A DNA stretch of 64,000 nt from Takakia lepidozioides (Eukaryota > Plantae > Bryophyta). Both the position numbers and the translations under genes were made by a program. The notes beneath the pieces were generated by a model. The model did not search any database, was not told where the DNA came from, and saw nothing but the letters and a program-made list of their open reading frames with translations. Positions within the stretch are counted from its first letter, which is position 1; each line of letters opens with the position of its first letter. The stretch spans positions 25,234,001-25,298,000 of the forward strand of contig CM060733.1 of the NCBI GenBank assembly GCA_030704615.1, given 5' to 3'. This document shows positions 63,975 through 64,000 of the stretch, piece by piece.

Positions 63975-64000
63975 CTATCCAACACCAGCACTGTATGTCA

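Noticed and set aside
1-64000. tRNA/rRNA genes
   Set aside because: None recognised; the TGGTATCAGAGC hits are primer-binding sites.

Overview
Eukaryotic land-plant genomic DNA (spliceosomal introns, plant CAD/ABCC/RUS3 genes). An axonemal dynein gene points to a lineage with flagellated sperm (bryophyte, lycophyte or fern type). Host genes: a WDR78/DNAI4 (IC138-like) dynein intermediate chain (minus, 5' part, with a LINE in an intron), a CAD1-like alcohol dehydrogenase, a TPR+DUF4470-like pseudogene broken by a Copia element that itself carries a nested Ty3/gypsy chromovirus, a complete 14-exon ABCC (MRP4/14-like) transporter, and the 3' part of a RUS3-like gene. About half of the window is transposon-derived. 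Between ABCC and RUS3, a small hAT element (14-bp TIRs, 8-bp TSD) encloses a 15.7-kb nest made of an L1 LINE, several chromovirus pieces, a CACTA element and another hAT MITE, and this nest can be rebuilt as an inversion plus deletion. Most notable: a tandem RRxS (PKA-consensus) array in the dynein chain, the hAT-bounded nest with base-exact inversion breakpoints, a TSD-flanked one-LTR chromovirus insertion, a duplicated splice acceptor in ABCC, and a conserved 3' hairpin shared by RTEX-like LINE remnants. All calls were made by eye, with no database searches; family names come from motif recognition.
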